Assembly (NCBI GenBank): GCA_045863235.1
Contig: BTUM01000092.1
Location: 1 to 29,677 of the forward strand
Direction of reading: 5' to 3'
Origin: Candidatus Xenobia bacterium
GTDB lineage: Bacteria; Vulcanimicrobiota; Xenobia; Xenobiales; QWHO01
DNA: 29,677 nucleotides
Positions 8,633-17,889 of this stretch are shown piece after piece. The notes under the pieces were generated by a model, which had not been told where the DNA came from, did not search any database, and was given only the letters and a program-made list of their open reading frames with translations. Every line of letters starts with the position of its first letter. Positions within the stretch are counted from its first letter, which is position 1. Position numbers and translations under genes: made by a program.

Positions 8633-9751
8633 TTACCCCTGCCGACGAGGCACGCGCACTCCGCCCACCAGCAGCCATCCGCCCTGCTCCAGGATGCCGG
8701 TTCGCTCTTCGGCCTCGGGCGTGGCCGCGAACAGCTCGGCCGCCCGGCGCTTCTCCTCGTCCCGGGCTGCCTGAGGATCACGGTGGGTGCGGATGGCGTG
8801 CAGACCGGAGCGCAGGTTGTTGACGTAGACGATTCCGTCCGGGGCGCAGACCGCCTGGCCACCGAAACCTCCCGGGTCCTGGCTCCAGGGGTCGGCCAGA
8901 TCGTGGACCTGGCCCCAGCGCGTCACCACGGTCAGATCACCGTCTGAGGCCAGGGTCAGGTCGACTGGCGCCGAGCTCAGGCGGGTCAGGGGTCGGGCTT
9001 GATCCTCGATCTGCCACAGGGTCCCCATGTAGTCTCCTACCAGCAGCCTGCCCTGGGAGTCGAACCCCGGCTCTGAGGTCAGCTCGTCCTCGAACTTGAG
9101 GCGCAAGACCTCCTGCCCTTGCGAGTCGACCCTGATGAGCTCGTTGTCGAGGGTGGTCAGGGCGGCCCCGCCGTCCGGGCCCCAGACCGGCCCGTGCGCC
9201 AGGCCAGCGGGCAGGGAGTAACTCCAGAGCGGCTTTCCGTCCGAGCTGAAGGCCTTGACGTGGCGATCGCGGTCGGCCACCAGCAGGTCGCCCCGGGGAC
9301 CTACCCGGGGAGGGGAGAAACTCGCCTTCTGCCAGAAGCGCTTCAACGGGCGGCTGAAGATCTCGCTGCCATCGGGGGCGATGCCCCGGAGGCGGCCTTT
9401 GGCGTCCACCAGGTAAACCTCGCCCTGAGGGCCGGCAGCCGGGTCCAGGCCCGCCTGGACCGGACGGCTCCAGCGCGTGCTTCCATCAGGCTCCAGAGCG
9501 TAAAGCCGCTCACGATCGTGCACGAAGACGGCGCCCTCGGGCGTGCTGGCCGGGGAGGACAGGGGTCGCTCGAATTGACGCGTCCAGAGCACCTCGCCAT
9601 CGGCTTTCAGAGCGGTCAGCTCGGTGCTATCGGCGTAACAGACTCCGTCCGGCAGAGGGGCCAGGTCCTGGGCGCTGCCCTGGCCGTATTTCCAATTCTC
9701 ATCTCCCCGTCGCGGAGCCGCTCCGGTGAGCACGCGGGTCATCTCGTTCAT
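8633..9751 (-). CDS. PQQ-like beta-propeller repeat protein
   Basis: Repeated A(L/I)xxDGxxxW blades (ALKADGEVLW, ALEPDGSTRW, AFSSDGKPLW). Start ATG at 9751; the longer ORF overlaps the antisense gene. Confidence 0.82.
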   Translation of the reverse strand: MNEMTRVLTGAAPRRGDENWKYGQGSAQDLAPLPDGVCYADSTELTALKADGEVLWTRQFERPLSSPASTPEGAVFVHDRERLYALEPDGSTRWSRPVQAGLDPAAGPQGEVYLVDAKGRLRGIAPDGSEIFSRPLKRFWQKASFSPPRVGPRGDLLVADRDRHVKAFSSDGKPLWSYSLPAGLAHGPVWGPDGGAALTTLDNELIRVDSQGQEVLRLKFEDELTSEPGFDSQGRLLVGDYMGTLWQIEDQARPLTRLSSAPVDLTLASDGDLTVVTRWGQVHDLADPWSQDPGGFGGQAVCAPDGIVYVNNLRSGLHAIRTHRDPQAARDEEKRRAAELFAATPEAEERTGILEQGGWLLVGGVRVPRRQG

Positions 9752-9758
9752 CCCTTCA

Positions 9759-9829
9759 GGAGTAACGCAGGGGGCTGAAAACAACCTCAAAGCCAGCGAC
9801 AGACATTTTTCAGCCCCGCATGGCAGACT
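9759..9829. promoter_or_regulatory. Back-to-back promoter-like motifs TTTCAG-N10-(T/C)AnnnY for two divergent genes
   Basis: Plus strand: TTTCAG 9808-9813, CAGACT 9824-9829, ATG 9836. Minus strand: TTTCAG 9780-9775, TACTCC 9764-9759, ATG 9751. Together they form an 11-bp inverted repeat GGGGCTGAAAA/TTTTCAGCCCC. Confidence 0.55.
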
Positions 9830-9835
9830 CAGAGC

Positions 9836-10831
9836 ATGCAGATCTCTACCCTGCCCATGCTGGCGGCCGCCACGCCTCGACGCCGAGACAACGCCCCGCC
9901 CGATGGCGAGTCGCACGTAAGCCCGCTGGTGGCCGCCGTGGCCCGACCGCTGAACAAGCTGGCCATGGGTTTGATGCTCAAGCAGGAGATCGAGGGCCTG
10001 GACAAGCTGCCCGCCGAGGGCGGGAGCCTGCTCTGTCCCAACCACCAGAGCTTCCTGGACGCCCCTCTGGTGGCTTCCCTGAGTGAGCGGGACACCCGCT
10101 TCATGGCCGCCAAAGAGCAGTTCCACGGGGCTCAGGGCTGGGTGATGGGTCGGGTGGGCGCCTTCCCCGTCGATCGGCGTCGCCCCGGCCTCAAGCCGAT
10201 CGAGCACACTCGAGATCTGCTCGACCAGGGCAAGGCCGTGGTCATGTTTCCCGAGGGCGGCATCTTCCGCGACGGCACGGTGCACGAGCTCAAGCCGGGT
10301 GCGGCCAGAGTGGCCACCAGCTCGAGCTGCCAGAGCATCGTGCCGATCACCATCCATTTCCAGGAGACTCCCCAGCCCAGCGTCTCGCGTCAGGCGGCCT
10401 CGCTGGCTCTGGCCGCGGGGGTGACCGCTCTGGCTGCCGCCGGAGCTTGCGTCTCGCCCACCGTGCGCGCCCTGACCGGCGCCCTGGCGGGGGGCTTCGT
10501 GGGCTCGCGTTTCGGCCAGGGAGCCCTCAAGAAGGCCCTCTTCACCGCTGCAGGAGTCGTGGCGGGCGGGGTGGGAGGGGCCCTGACGCCCGACCCGGTG
10601 GGACTGGTGACCGGCCTGGGGACCGGGGTTTTGACCTGGAAAGTGGCCGATCACCTGGCCCGACGAGACACCGTCAAAGTGGTGGTGGGCGATCCCCTGA
10701 GCGTGCCCGACTACGTGCGCCGTTTTGGCGAGCAGGCCGAGGAGAGGCTGACCGAGGATCTGCACGCCGCCATGAGCGGGGTCAAGACTCGCTTGGAGGC
10801 CGAGTCGGCCTCGTTCTACCCGCCCATCTGA
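9836..10831 (+). CDS. Lysophospholipid acyltransferase (PlsC-like) with a Gly/Ala-rich hydrophobic insertion
   Basis: NHQSFLD (HX4D), FPVDR, FPEG and IVPI motifs. A glycine-zipper-like insertion precedes VKVVVGDP. Confidence 0.85.
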   Translation: MQISTLPMLAAATPRRRDNAPPDGESHVSPLVAAVARPLNKLAMGLMLKQEIEGLDKLPAEGGSLLCPNHQSFLDAPLVASLSERDTRFMAAKEQFHGAQGWVMGRVGAFPVDRRRPGLKPIEHTRDLLDQGKAVVMFPEGGIFRDGTVHELKPGAARVATSSSCQSIVPITIHFQETPQPSVSRQAASLALAAGVTALAAAGACVSPTVRALTGALAGGFVGSRFGQGALKKALFTAAGVVAGGVGGALTPDPVGLVTGLGTGVLTWKVADHLARRDTVKVVVGDPLSVPDYVRRFGEQAEERLTEDLHAAMSGVKTRLEAESASFYPPI

Positions 10832-11284
10832 TCAGGCGGGAATCGGGGCTCGGCGCCGGACCCGGGCGCCGCCCACGATGATGTAGCCCTCGTGCTCAGC
10901 GATCGGGGTCGAGCCGCCACCACCGTTCAGGGAGCGGGCGAACTTCTTCATCCTGCGCATCTCGGCTGATTCCCCGGCTGCGACGGGCCTGCCCGGTAAG
11001 CCCAGGGTGCCCAGGGCACTGATTCCGCCGAGCATCGCCCCTACGGCTCCCCCGACCAGCGAGCCCGCCACGGCAGAACCTGCGGCGCTGGCGGTGGCCG
11101 CTCCGATTCCGGCCATGGCGCCATTGAGGAGCTTGGGATCGAGCACCCCGAGGTCGTCGCGCCTACCGAAGGAGGTCAGATCGTGCTCCAGGCTGCCGAA
11201 ATCGACCTTGCCAGACCCGGCCAGCGGCTGGCCGGAGGTGGCTGTCCGCGGCATGGTTGTCAGGGTCTGCAAGGAGGCCAGCAT
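10832..11284 (-). CDS. Hypothetical glycine-zipper protein with a C-terminal VGG.RV.RR motif
   Basis: Fills the gap between plsC-like and GNAT genes. GxxxG-rich segment, and a tail shared with the 8633-9751 protein. Confidence 0.65.
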   Translation of the reverse strand: MLASLQTLTTMPRTATSGQPLAGSGKVDFGSLEHDLTSFGRRDDLGVLDPKLLNGAMAGIGAATASAAGSAVAGSLVGGAVGAMLGGISALGTLGLPGRPVAAGESAEMRRMKKFARSLNGGGGSTPIAEHEGYIIVGGARVRRRAPIPA

Positions 11285-11290
11285 GGGTTC

Positions 11291-11312
11291 AGCTTAATCG
11301 GGCGGCCTGAAA
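11291..11312 (-). promoter_or_regulatory. TTTCAG-N10-TAAGCT promoter-like motif, leaderless geometry
   Basis: TTTCAG 11312-11307, TAAGCT 11296-11291, then 6 nt to ATG 11284. Confidence 0.55.
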
Positions 11313-11743
11313 GTTTTCTCGAAGCAGAGGCTGTGGGGGTTGCCAACGAATGGCCCGTATGGCTCGATGGGCTGGAATCCAGCTGCTCGGTAGAGCCCGG
11401 CTGCCTCGGGGCGAAGGTCGCCCGTCTCCAGAATCAGTCTGTGGTAGCCATGCTGGCGCGCCCATGACTCCAACCCGGCCAGCAGAAGGCGTCCCACCCC
11501 CTGCCCTCTGGCTTCGGGGGTCACGTACATCCGCTTGACCTCCAGAGTCTGGCTCGAGAAGGGCACCAGGGCGGCGCATCCCAGCGTCTTACCTCGCGAG
11601 CAGGCCAGCAGGAAGTGGCAGGGATCCTGGAAACGCTCGGTGCCGTCGTCGCCATAGATGCTCCTCAACTCGCTCGACAGGGCCTCGAGCAAAGCCTTCC
11701 CCCGCGGATCCTCGATCGAGGCTGCCTGGAGCTCTACAGGCAC
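11294..11743 (-). CDS. GNAT family N-acetyltransferase
   Basis: EVKRMYVTPEARGQGVGRLLL (motif A), LETG...AAGLYRAAGF. Confidence 0.9.
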   Translation of the reverse strand: MPVELQAASIEDPRGKALLEALSSELRSIYGDDGTERFQDPCHFLLACSRGKTLGCAALVPFSSQTLEVKRMYVTPEARGQGVGRLLLAGLESWARQHGYHRLILETGDLRPEAAGLYRAAGFQPIEPYGPFVGNPHSLCFEKTFRPPD

Positions 11744-12678
11744 GAGCGGAGGAAATCGGCGATGCGGCGCTCGATCCAGGGTCGCCAGCCGGGGCCGATG
11801 TAACCCAGGTGCCCGCCCTGCTCGGTGACCTCCAGGCTGAGATTGGTGTTGGCGGCCACCAGCGCGTGCGGCAGGTCGCCGGGAGCCAGGAAAGGATCGT
11901 CGGCGGCGTTGATCAGGTGGGCCCGGCGGGCGATCCGGCTCAGGTAGAAGAGCGAGCTGCAGTGGCCCCAGTAGTCTTCCTCGTCGCGAAAGCCATTCAG
12001 GGGGGCGGTCACTTCGCGGTCAAAGTCGGTCAGGGTGCGCGCTGCTGCCACCCGCTTCCACTCGAGCGCCCCGGGAAAGCGTTCGAGCAGGCTGGCGACC
12101 CGGGCCTTCAGACGGCGCACCATGTAATAGCGGTAGAAGCGCGAGATGGCGTCTTTCTCGAGCTGGCGCGCGCAGTTGCCCAGGTTGTAGGGCACGCAGG
12201 CGGCGCAGCCCACCACGCCAGGCGGGGCCTGCTGGCCTCTCTCGCCCAGCCACTTGAGCAAGATGTTGCCCCCCAGCGAGAATCCCACCACCCCCAGCCG
12301 GGGACCGAAGCGCTCGAGCAGGTGGTCGACCACCAGGTCCAGGTCGTCGCTGCGCCCGGCGTGATACAGGCGGGGTTGGCCAGGAGGACCCAGGGCCCCG
12401 CGAAAGTTCATGCCCACCACCCGGGCGGGCAGGCGGTGAGCAGCCGCCATGGCCCCGCGCACGATGGGAGAGCTGGAGGTGCCGCTCAGCCCGTGCAGGA
12501 CCAGCACGGTGGGAACCTGCCCCGGGGCGTCCAGGAAGTCGAGCCCCAGACGCTCGCCGTCCGGTGCCTGGAACCACTCGCGACGTGGCTTGAGCGGAGG
12601 ACAGGGACGCAGGGCCGCCCCGGCCAGGGTTTGCAGGTGGGGATGGGCCAGCCCGGGCTGGGGTCGAAAACAGGTCAA
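11734..12678 (-). CDS. YheT-like alpha/beta hydrolase
   Basis: HPHLQTL, LHGLSGTS, YHAGRSDD, GFSLGGN, NAADDPF, GGHLG. Confidence 0.88.
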   Translation of the reverse strand: MTCFRPQPGLAHPHLQTLAGAALRPCPPLKPRREWFQAPDGERLGLDFLDAPGQVPTVLVLHGLSGTSSSPIVRGAMAAAHRLPARVVGMNFRGALGPPGQPRLYHAGRSDDLDLVVDHLLERFGPRLGVVGFSLGGNILLKWLGERGQQAPPGVVGCAACVPYNLGNCARQLEKDAISRFYRYYMVRRLKARVASLLERFPGALEWKRVAAARTLTDFDREVTAPLNGFRDEEDYWGHCSSLFYLSRIARRAHLINAADDPFLAPGDLPHALVAANTNLSLEVTEQGGHLGYIGPGWRPWIERRIADFLRSCL

Positions 12679-13454
12679 GCTTCCGAGCTGCCCAGCAGGG
12701 CGTCCACCGCCCCGGTCCCGGGCAGGCGGCTACAGGGCTCGAAGTCGGCCTGCTCGACGCGCTCGATGAACGCCAGTATCTCCTCGAAGACCTGCTCGCG
12801 CTCCACGTCGCGCATCATCTCATGGCGGCTGACCTCGAACCAGCGCACCTGGGCAAAGGGGCTGCCGGAGCGGGCGCGGATGCTCTCGGCCGCGTCCAGG
12901 CGCACCACCGGGTCCTGGGTGGACTGAATGACCAGCAGGGGGGCTTTCAGGTAGGGCAGCACCTCCTTGACCACCTCGCGGTAGGCGTACAGGCTGGCGA
13001 AGGCTTGCAGCGGGAAGTAGCTGTAGTTGGTGTCCTGCTCCTTCAGGGCGGGGTCGGCATAGTCGGGGCTGGAAGGCCAGTCGCGCAGGGTGCGCTGCAG
13101 CAGGCCGAGGTAGGGGATCAGGGGATGGCGGAATTCGAGGCAGGCGGCCACGGTCACCACCCCCACCACGCTGTCGGGGTGCTCGGCGGCCAGGTTGAGG
13201 GCCACCAGTCCCCCCATCGAAAGCCCGACCACGACCACCGGCAGGCCCCGGGCGGTCAGCTCGAGCAGGGCCTCGCGAGCATCCTCCACCCAGTCGCGCC
13301 AGGTCACGCCCCGCAACGCCTCGGGGGTCTGACCGTGGCCGCGCAGCACGGGCATCCGGTAGGGAATGCCCAGCTGCTCGAGGTGGGGCACCAGCCCGTT
13401 CACCGTGTCCAGGCTGGAGGTAAAGCCGTGGAGGAGGAGGACTCCGACTTGCAA
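12675..13454 (-). CDS. Carboxylesterase / monoacylglycerol lipase family alpha/beta hydrolase
   Basis: LLLHGFTSS, LRGHG, GLSMGG, QDPVV and SRH. AGGAG SD before the TTG start. Confidence 0.88.
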   Translation of the reverse strand: MQVGVLLLHGFTSSLDTVNGLVPHLEQLGIPYRMPVLRGHGQTPEALRGVTWRDWVEDAREALLELTARGLPVVVVGLSMGGLVALNLAAEHPDSVVGVVTVAACLEFRHPLIPYLGLLQRTLRDWPSSPDYADPALKEQDTNYSYFPLQAFASLYAYREVVKEVLPYLKAPLLVIQSTQDPVVRLDAAESIRARSGSPFAQVRWFEVSRHEMMRDVEREQVFEEILAFIERVEQADFEPCSRLPGTGAVDALLGSSEA

Positions 13455-13539
13455 GGGCGGCTCCTGACTAAAGGATTATGCGTTCCGTGCTGGCACCTCC
13501 AGACAAATCTATCGGTGCAAAACTTTCAGCGCTTCACTT

Positions 13540-14097
13540 TCAAAGATGGGGCGAGGGAGCCAGTACCGGCTCGCTCACCTGTATCGACGTGATCACGGTT
13601 TTCTCGACCGTGAAGTGGATCCCCTTGTCCCAATACTGGATGCGGCCCGGGGTGGTGGGCTTCTGCTCGAACTCGAAGGCCTTGCCGAATTCGCGGATGG
13701 CCGTATCCACGTCGCCCTGGACGGCCGAGCCGCCCCGGGTGCGAAAGGCGGGATTCTTGACCAGAATCGAGTTGACCCGCCCCTCGGTTGCCATCAGGCT
13801 GACGCCGAGCTGGTCGAACTGGTAGACCAGGCCCCCCTCGGTGGGACGAATCAGGGCCTTGCCCCAGCGGCGCTCCACTTCGCCCACGTCCAGGCCCAGC
13901 GTGACCACGTCCACCCGGTGACCGGGCACGATCTCCATGTCGTTGGGCCCGGGGCGAGCCTCGGCCGGGCTGGCGACAGGCTCGGGACGGGTGGTGTGGT
14001 AGGCCACCACCGCGCCCAGTGCCAGGGTGACCAGCAGGATCAGCACCAGCGGCCAGGCCGCTCGGCGCGGGGGGCTATCCTCCTCGGTTTCTTCCAT
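13540..14097 (-). CDS. Hypothetical single-pass membrane protein
   Basis: N-terminal TM helix (WPLVLILLVTLALGAVVAY). Fits between co-oriented genes, with a GAGG SD. Confidence 0.7.
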   Translation of the reverse strand: MEETEEDSPPRRAAWPLVLILLVTLALGAVVAYHTTRPEPVASPAEARPGPNDMEIVPGHRVDVVTLGLDVGEVERRWGKALIRPTEGGLVYQFDQLGVSLMATEGRVNSILVKNPAFRTRGGSAVQGDVDTAIREFGKAFEFEQKPTTPGRIQYWDKGIHFTVEKTVITSIQVSEPVLAPSPHL

Positions 14098-14124
14098 CCT
14101 CGAGGACCTTCGCGTCGGGCCGGG

Positions 14125-15330
14125 TCACTCCTCGGACGGGGGAGGCGGCATCTGGTCCAGGCCCGGGGGCCGGGTGGCCTCGAGGCCGCGCTGGTGAGAA
14201 TAATCGAGCGCGAAGTGGAGCAACTCGCGGGCTCCCGCGGCGATCTCACGCGAGACCTGCAGGGCCTCCGGGACGGCCGGCTGGAACTCGCGCGCGTCCT
14301 CCACGATGGTCGAGAAGACCCCCTTGTGATGGTAGAAGTAGTCGTCCGAGGCGCCACTGACCACCTGCGAGGTCACCGTGGCATACTCGCGCCCCCGTAC
14401 CGACTTGATGGCTGCGGCCATACGCGAGTGCATGGCGTCGTAGACGGGGCGGTCGGCCTCGGAGACGCCCCAGGGCCGGCGCACTTCCTCGCCCTGGGAA
14501 TGCCAGTCGCACAGGAAGCGAATGTTGGGCCGCTCCTCCACCAGCGAGGCCACGTGGCGGGTCTCGGGCTCAGAGAGGGGCGCCGGGCCGGGATAAACCT
14601 CGCTCGCGACGTCCGAGCTCGACTTCCACAGGTGGGGGTAGTTGCGGTTGACGTCCACCCCCACCCCGCCCGTCTCGGGTGAGCGATTCTTGCGCCACAT
14701 CGCCTCGTCGAACATGGAGTAGTTGGTCCCATCGGGATTGGTGACGGGGATGACGTAGAGGTCGAGGTTCTGCACCAGGGCGGTGTTGGCTGCCACGGCC
14801 GGCTCGCTGGAGGTGGGGTCGTAGTTGGCCAGCAGCTGCTCGGTCAGCTCCACCATGCCGATGGGCTGGCACCACTCGCGGGCGTGAGGGGCGGCAAAGT
14901 TGAGCACGCCCAGCTTCTCGTCGCGCCCGGGGTCGTCCTTCGGTCCGATGCGAAGGTAGTAGAGGGGGGCCGGGCCGCGCAGCTCGGCCCTTTGTCCATC
15001 GTATCCGTCGGTCTGGTAGGGCCGCTCCACCAGCTCGACCAGGTCGGGATAGCGCCGGGTGAGGTCCTGGGCCCAGCGGTAGACTTCGGTGGGGGCCATG
15101 TAGCCGTTGACGAAGCCGGTCTTGAGCCCGGCCAGCAGACCCGCTCCCACCACCGGGCCGGCCGCGGCGGCCACGGTGGGTGCGACCACCTCGGCTCCCC
15201 GCGCAGGAGCTGACGCCGAGCCGCTCAACGTCACGGTGTCGGCGGGCTCGGCCGCGGGGGCGCAGGCGGCCCTGGGGCGCGCAGCCATGGTGCTCAGCAT
15301 GGGTTGGCTCGAGACAGGGGCGACTTGCAT
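14125..15330 (-). CDS. M14 family zinc carboxypeptidase
   Basis: HAREW, NPDG, WRKNR, GVDVNRNY, SEPET and DWHS. Low-complexity N-terminus with no Sec signal. Confidence 0.9.
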   Translation of the reverse strand: MQVAPVSSQPMLSTMAARPRAACAPAAEPADTVTLSGSASAPARGAEVVAPTVAAAAGPVVGAGLLAGLKTGFVNGYMAPTEVYRWAQDLTRRYPDLVELVERPYQTDGYDGQRAELRGPAPLYYLRIGPKDDPGRDEKLGVLNFAAPHAREWCQPIGMVELTEQLLANYDPTSSEPAVAANTALVQNLDLYVIPVTNPDGTNYSMFDEAMWRKNRSPETGGVGVDVNRNYPHLWKSSSDVASEVYPGPAPLSEPETRHVASLVEERPNIRFLCDWHSQGEEVRRPWGVSEADRPVYDAMHSRMAAAIKSVRGREYATVTSQVVSGASDDYFYHHKGVFSTIVEDAREFQPAVPEALQVSREIAAGARELLHFALDYSHQRGLEATRPPGLDQMPPPPSEE

Positions 15331-15340
15331 GGCCCTAAAG

Positions 15341-15958
15341 TTAGCCTTGCCCGGACTGCGAAAAGGCTACCTGCTTGTGTACATTGCGTCGAGTCTGGTA
15401 GGCAACCACCACCGCGCGCACCGGGCTCGCACCCGCTTCCCGCAGGGCCAGGGCACACGAGATCAGGGTCGAGCCGGTGGTCAGCACGTCATCCACCAGC
15501 ACCACCGGGCCGCTGACGCGACTGCGCGCCTGAACGGTCCTCAACTGGCGGCGTTGCGCAAGCTCGAGGCGCTTTTGCTGGGGACCATCGGGACAGGAAA
15601 GCAAAGCTTTCCAGGGGCGGTCGAGAGCCCGCACCAGCAGCTCGGAGGGGTTGAAGCCGCGCTGGTGGTGGCGCCAGGGGCCGCTGGGGACGGGCACCAG
15701 CAGCCCCGGCGGGCAGGAGAGCAGGGCCGCCAGCTCGCGGGCACAGGCCAGGTGGCCCTGGAACTTGAGGCCGTGGATTGCCTGGCGCAGGGGACCGTGG
15801 TAGAGGCCCGCGGCCTCGACCAGGTCCAGGCCCGGCAGCAAGGGTGGGGAGGCGGGCTCGATCTGCTGCCGGCAGGCCGGGCAGAAGCCGCGCTGGAACC
15901 GGTCGCAGCCCGGGCAACGAGGAGGGAACAGCAGGTCCGTGAGCAGCCTAAGTGGCAA
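15341..15958 (-). CDS. comF: ComF family protein (zinc ribbon plus PRTase domain)
   Basis: LLFPPRCPGC...FCPAC, PVP...RGFNPSELL and VLVDDVLTTGST. TTG 15958 overlaps the upstream stop. Confidence 0.85.
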   Translation of the reverse strand: MPLRLLTDLLFPPRCPGCDRFQRGFCPACRQQIEPASPPLLPGLDLVEAAGLYHGPLRQAIHGLKFQGHLACARELAALLSCPPGLLVPVPSGPWRHHQRGFNPSELLVRALDRPWKALLSCPDGPQQKRLELAQRRQLRTVQARSRVSGPVVLVDDVLTTGSTLISCALALREAGASPVRAVVVAYQTRRNVHKQVAFSQSGQG

Positions 15959-17006
15959 CTTGCGGGGTCTTGAACGTGAACCGGCTCCCGCTACCCAGGA
16001 CGACCTGCCGGTAGCGATGACCTCCCTCGAGCACACAGCCTGCCCCCACCAGGGCGTCGCTGACCTCGGCCTCCCGGTTGATGCGGCTGGCGTCCCAGAT
16101 GACGCTGGAGGAGAGCTGCACACCTTCCTCGAGCACCACCCCGTCGCCGAGCACCACCGGGCCTTCCAGCCGCACCCCCGCCTCCACGTGGGCTCCGCGT
16201 CCGAGCACCACCGGGGGGACGACGTTGGCCTCGGGGTGCAAGAAGGCGTGCTCGTCGAGCCACACGCCCGGTTTGACCTCGCTTCCCGGCAGGGGGAGGC
16301 CCACCCGGCCCTCGAGAAAGTCACGATTGCCCTGGCGGTAGCTCATCAGATCGCCCACGTCGCGCCAGTAGCCTTCCAACTCGAGCGCGTAGAAGGCCCG
16401 ACCCTCCTGGACCAGGCGGGGAAAGAGCTGGCGACCAAAGTCATAGACGATGTTGGGGATCAGCTCGAAGATGGCGGGCTCGAAGACGTAGATTCCGGTG
16501 TTGCACAGAGGGCTGAAGACCTCGTCGGCCCGGGGCTTCTCCTGGTAGCGCATCACCCGGCCCTGCTCGTCGGTGGCCACGACGCCGACCTCGCTCGGGT
16601 TGTCCCGGCGCACCACGCCCAGGGTGGCCAGGGCCCCGCGCTCCTGGTGGAAGGCGATCAGCTTGCCCAGGTCGAGGTCGGTCAGAAGGTCCCCTCCGAT
16701 CACCAGGAAGGTGGAGCGGAAAAAATCAGCCACCTGGCGCACTCCGCCCGCAGTCCCGAGCAGGTCGGGCTCGACCGAGTAGCGCAAACGGGTGCCCAGA
16801 AACTCGGATTCCCCGAAGTAGTCGGTCACGTAGCGAGGCAAGAGGTGCAGGTTGATCATGACCTCGTCCATCCCGTGCCGCCTGAGGTGTCCGAGGGTGT
16901 GCTCGAGAATGGGCCGGTTGACCATCGGCACCATGGGCATGGGCAGGGCGTAAGTTAGCGGATAGAGCCGGGGCGCGCCCCCCGCGGCCAGCACCATGCC
17001 CTGCAT
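15948..17006 (-). CDS. NDP-sugar pyrophosphorylase family protein (mannose-1-P guanylyltransferase-like) with a left-handed beta-helix
   Basis: MVLAAG...RLYPLT, LGTAGG, GDLLTD, EKP, NTGIY, YWRDVG and hexapeptide repeats. TGATG overlap with the upstream gene. Confidence 0.88.
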   Translation of the reverse strand: MQGMVLAAGGAPRLYPLTYALPMPMVPMVNRPILEHTLGHLRRHGMDEVMINLHLLPRYVTDYFGESEFLGTRLRYSVEPDLLGTAGGVRQVADFFRSTFLVIGGDLLTDLDLGKLIAFHQERGALATLGVVRRDNPSEVGVVATDEQGRVMRYQEKPRADEVFSPLCNTGIYVFEPAIFELIPNIVYDFGRQLFPRLVQEGRAFYALELEGYWRDVGDLMSYRQGNRDFLEGRVGLPLPGSEVKPGVWLDEHAFLHPEANVVPPVVLGRGAHVEAGVRLEGPVVLGDGVVLEEGVQLSSSVIWDASRINREAEVSDALVGAGCVLEGGHRYRQVVLGSGSRFTFKTPQVAT

Positions 17007-17761
17007 CAAAGAGCCCGAGCGCCTTCCGCGCCCCTTCTCACAACTTGCAGCATGAAGCGGGGGATGGCCAGCATGCGGGTGAACCGGCTGGGCTGGCGCA
17101 AAAGGCGATAGAACCACTCCAGGCCCAGCGAGCACATCCAGCCGGGGGCTCGCTGCACCTTGCCGGCGAAGACGTCCAGGCTGCCGCCGACTCCGATGCC
17201 CACACGCGCTCCTAGCTCGGCGGCGTGGCGCTGCATCCACTTCTCCTGGCGCGGGAAGCCCAGGGCCGCCAGCAGGATGTCGGCCTGGGAGGCATTCACG
17301 GCCGCGATGGCCTCCTGGTCGTCTTTGAAGTAGCCGTGCATGGTGCCGGCGATCTGGAGGCCAAAGCGCCGCTCGAGCGTGGCGGCGGCCGCTTCGGCCA
17401 CGCCCGGGGCGGCTCCGAGCAGGAAGATGCGGGGTTTGCGGCCCGAGGGGAGGGTGGCCAGCCTGGGGATCAGATCCACCCCGGGCACCCGCTCGGCCAG
17501 CGGATAGGCGCAGCGGCGCGAAGCCCACACCACCCCGGCGCTGTCGGGTACCACCACGTCGGCCTGGTTGACCAGCTCGCGATACTCGGCATCATGCTGG
17601 GCGTGCATGATCATCTCGACGCCCAGAGTGACCACCTGATGAAATTTATTCTCGTCAAGCAGGGCGTCGAGGCGCGTCAGAGCTTCGTGCATCGAGAGGC
17701 GATGCACTCTGACTCCAAGGATTTCCAGGCTTTCCACCTCGGGATGGACTGTCGCTGCCAT
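17006..17761 (-). CDS. WecB/TagA/CpsF family glycosyltransferase (GT26)
   Basis: VPDSAGVVWA, ERVPGVDL, HGYF, LGFPRQEKW, GVGGSLDV, RAP..LEWFYRL. Confidence 0.92.
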   Translation of the reverse strand: MAATVHPEVESLEILGVRVHRLSMHEALTRLDALLDENKFHQVVTLGVEMIMHAQHDAEYRELVNQADVVVPDSAGVVWASRRCAYPLAERVPGVDLIPRLATLPSGRKPRIFLLGAAPGVAEAAAATLERRFGLQIAGTMHGYFKDDQEAIAAVNASQADILLAALGFPRQEKWMQRHAAELGARVGIGVGGSLDVFAGKVQRAPGWMCSLGLEWFYRLLRQPSRFTRMLAIPRFMLQVVRRGAEGARAL

Positions 17762-17889
17762 GGCTCGCCTCTTCTAGAAATAGCCACGAAACCCTGTTTG
17801 GCGGGGATTGAACCGGCTTCGGGCAGATGAACAATTTACAAGTTGGATCCTCCGGGGGGGGCGGCCGGGTAACTGGCGAACCAGTCTGG

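Noticed and set aside
9752..10765. N-terminal extension making the PQQ protein 710 aa
   Set aside because: It is antisense to the acyltransferase gene. Similar over-extensions were trimmed at 8862, 16324, 17528, 21270, 23811 and 27241.
13508..13545. Sigma28-like ACCGATAG and an intergenic AAAACTTTCAG
   Set aside because: The -35/-10 spacing does not fit sigma28. This TTTCAG has no TAnnnT at +10 and points away from the adjacent gene start.
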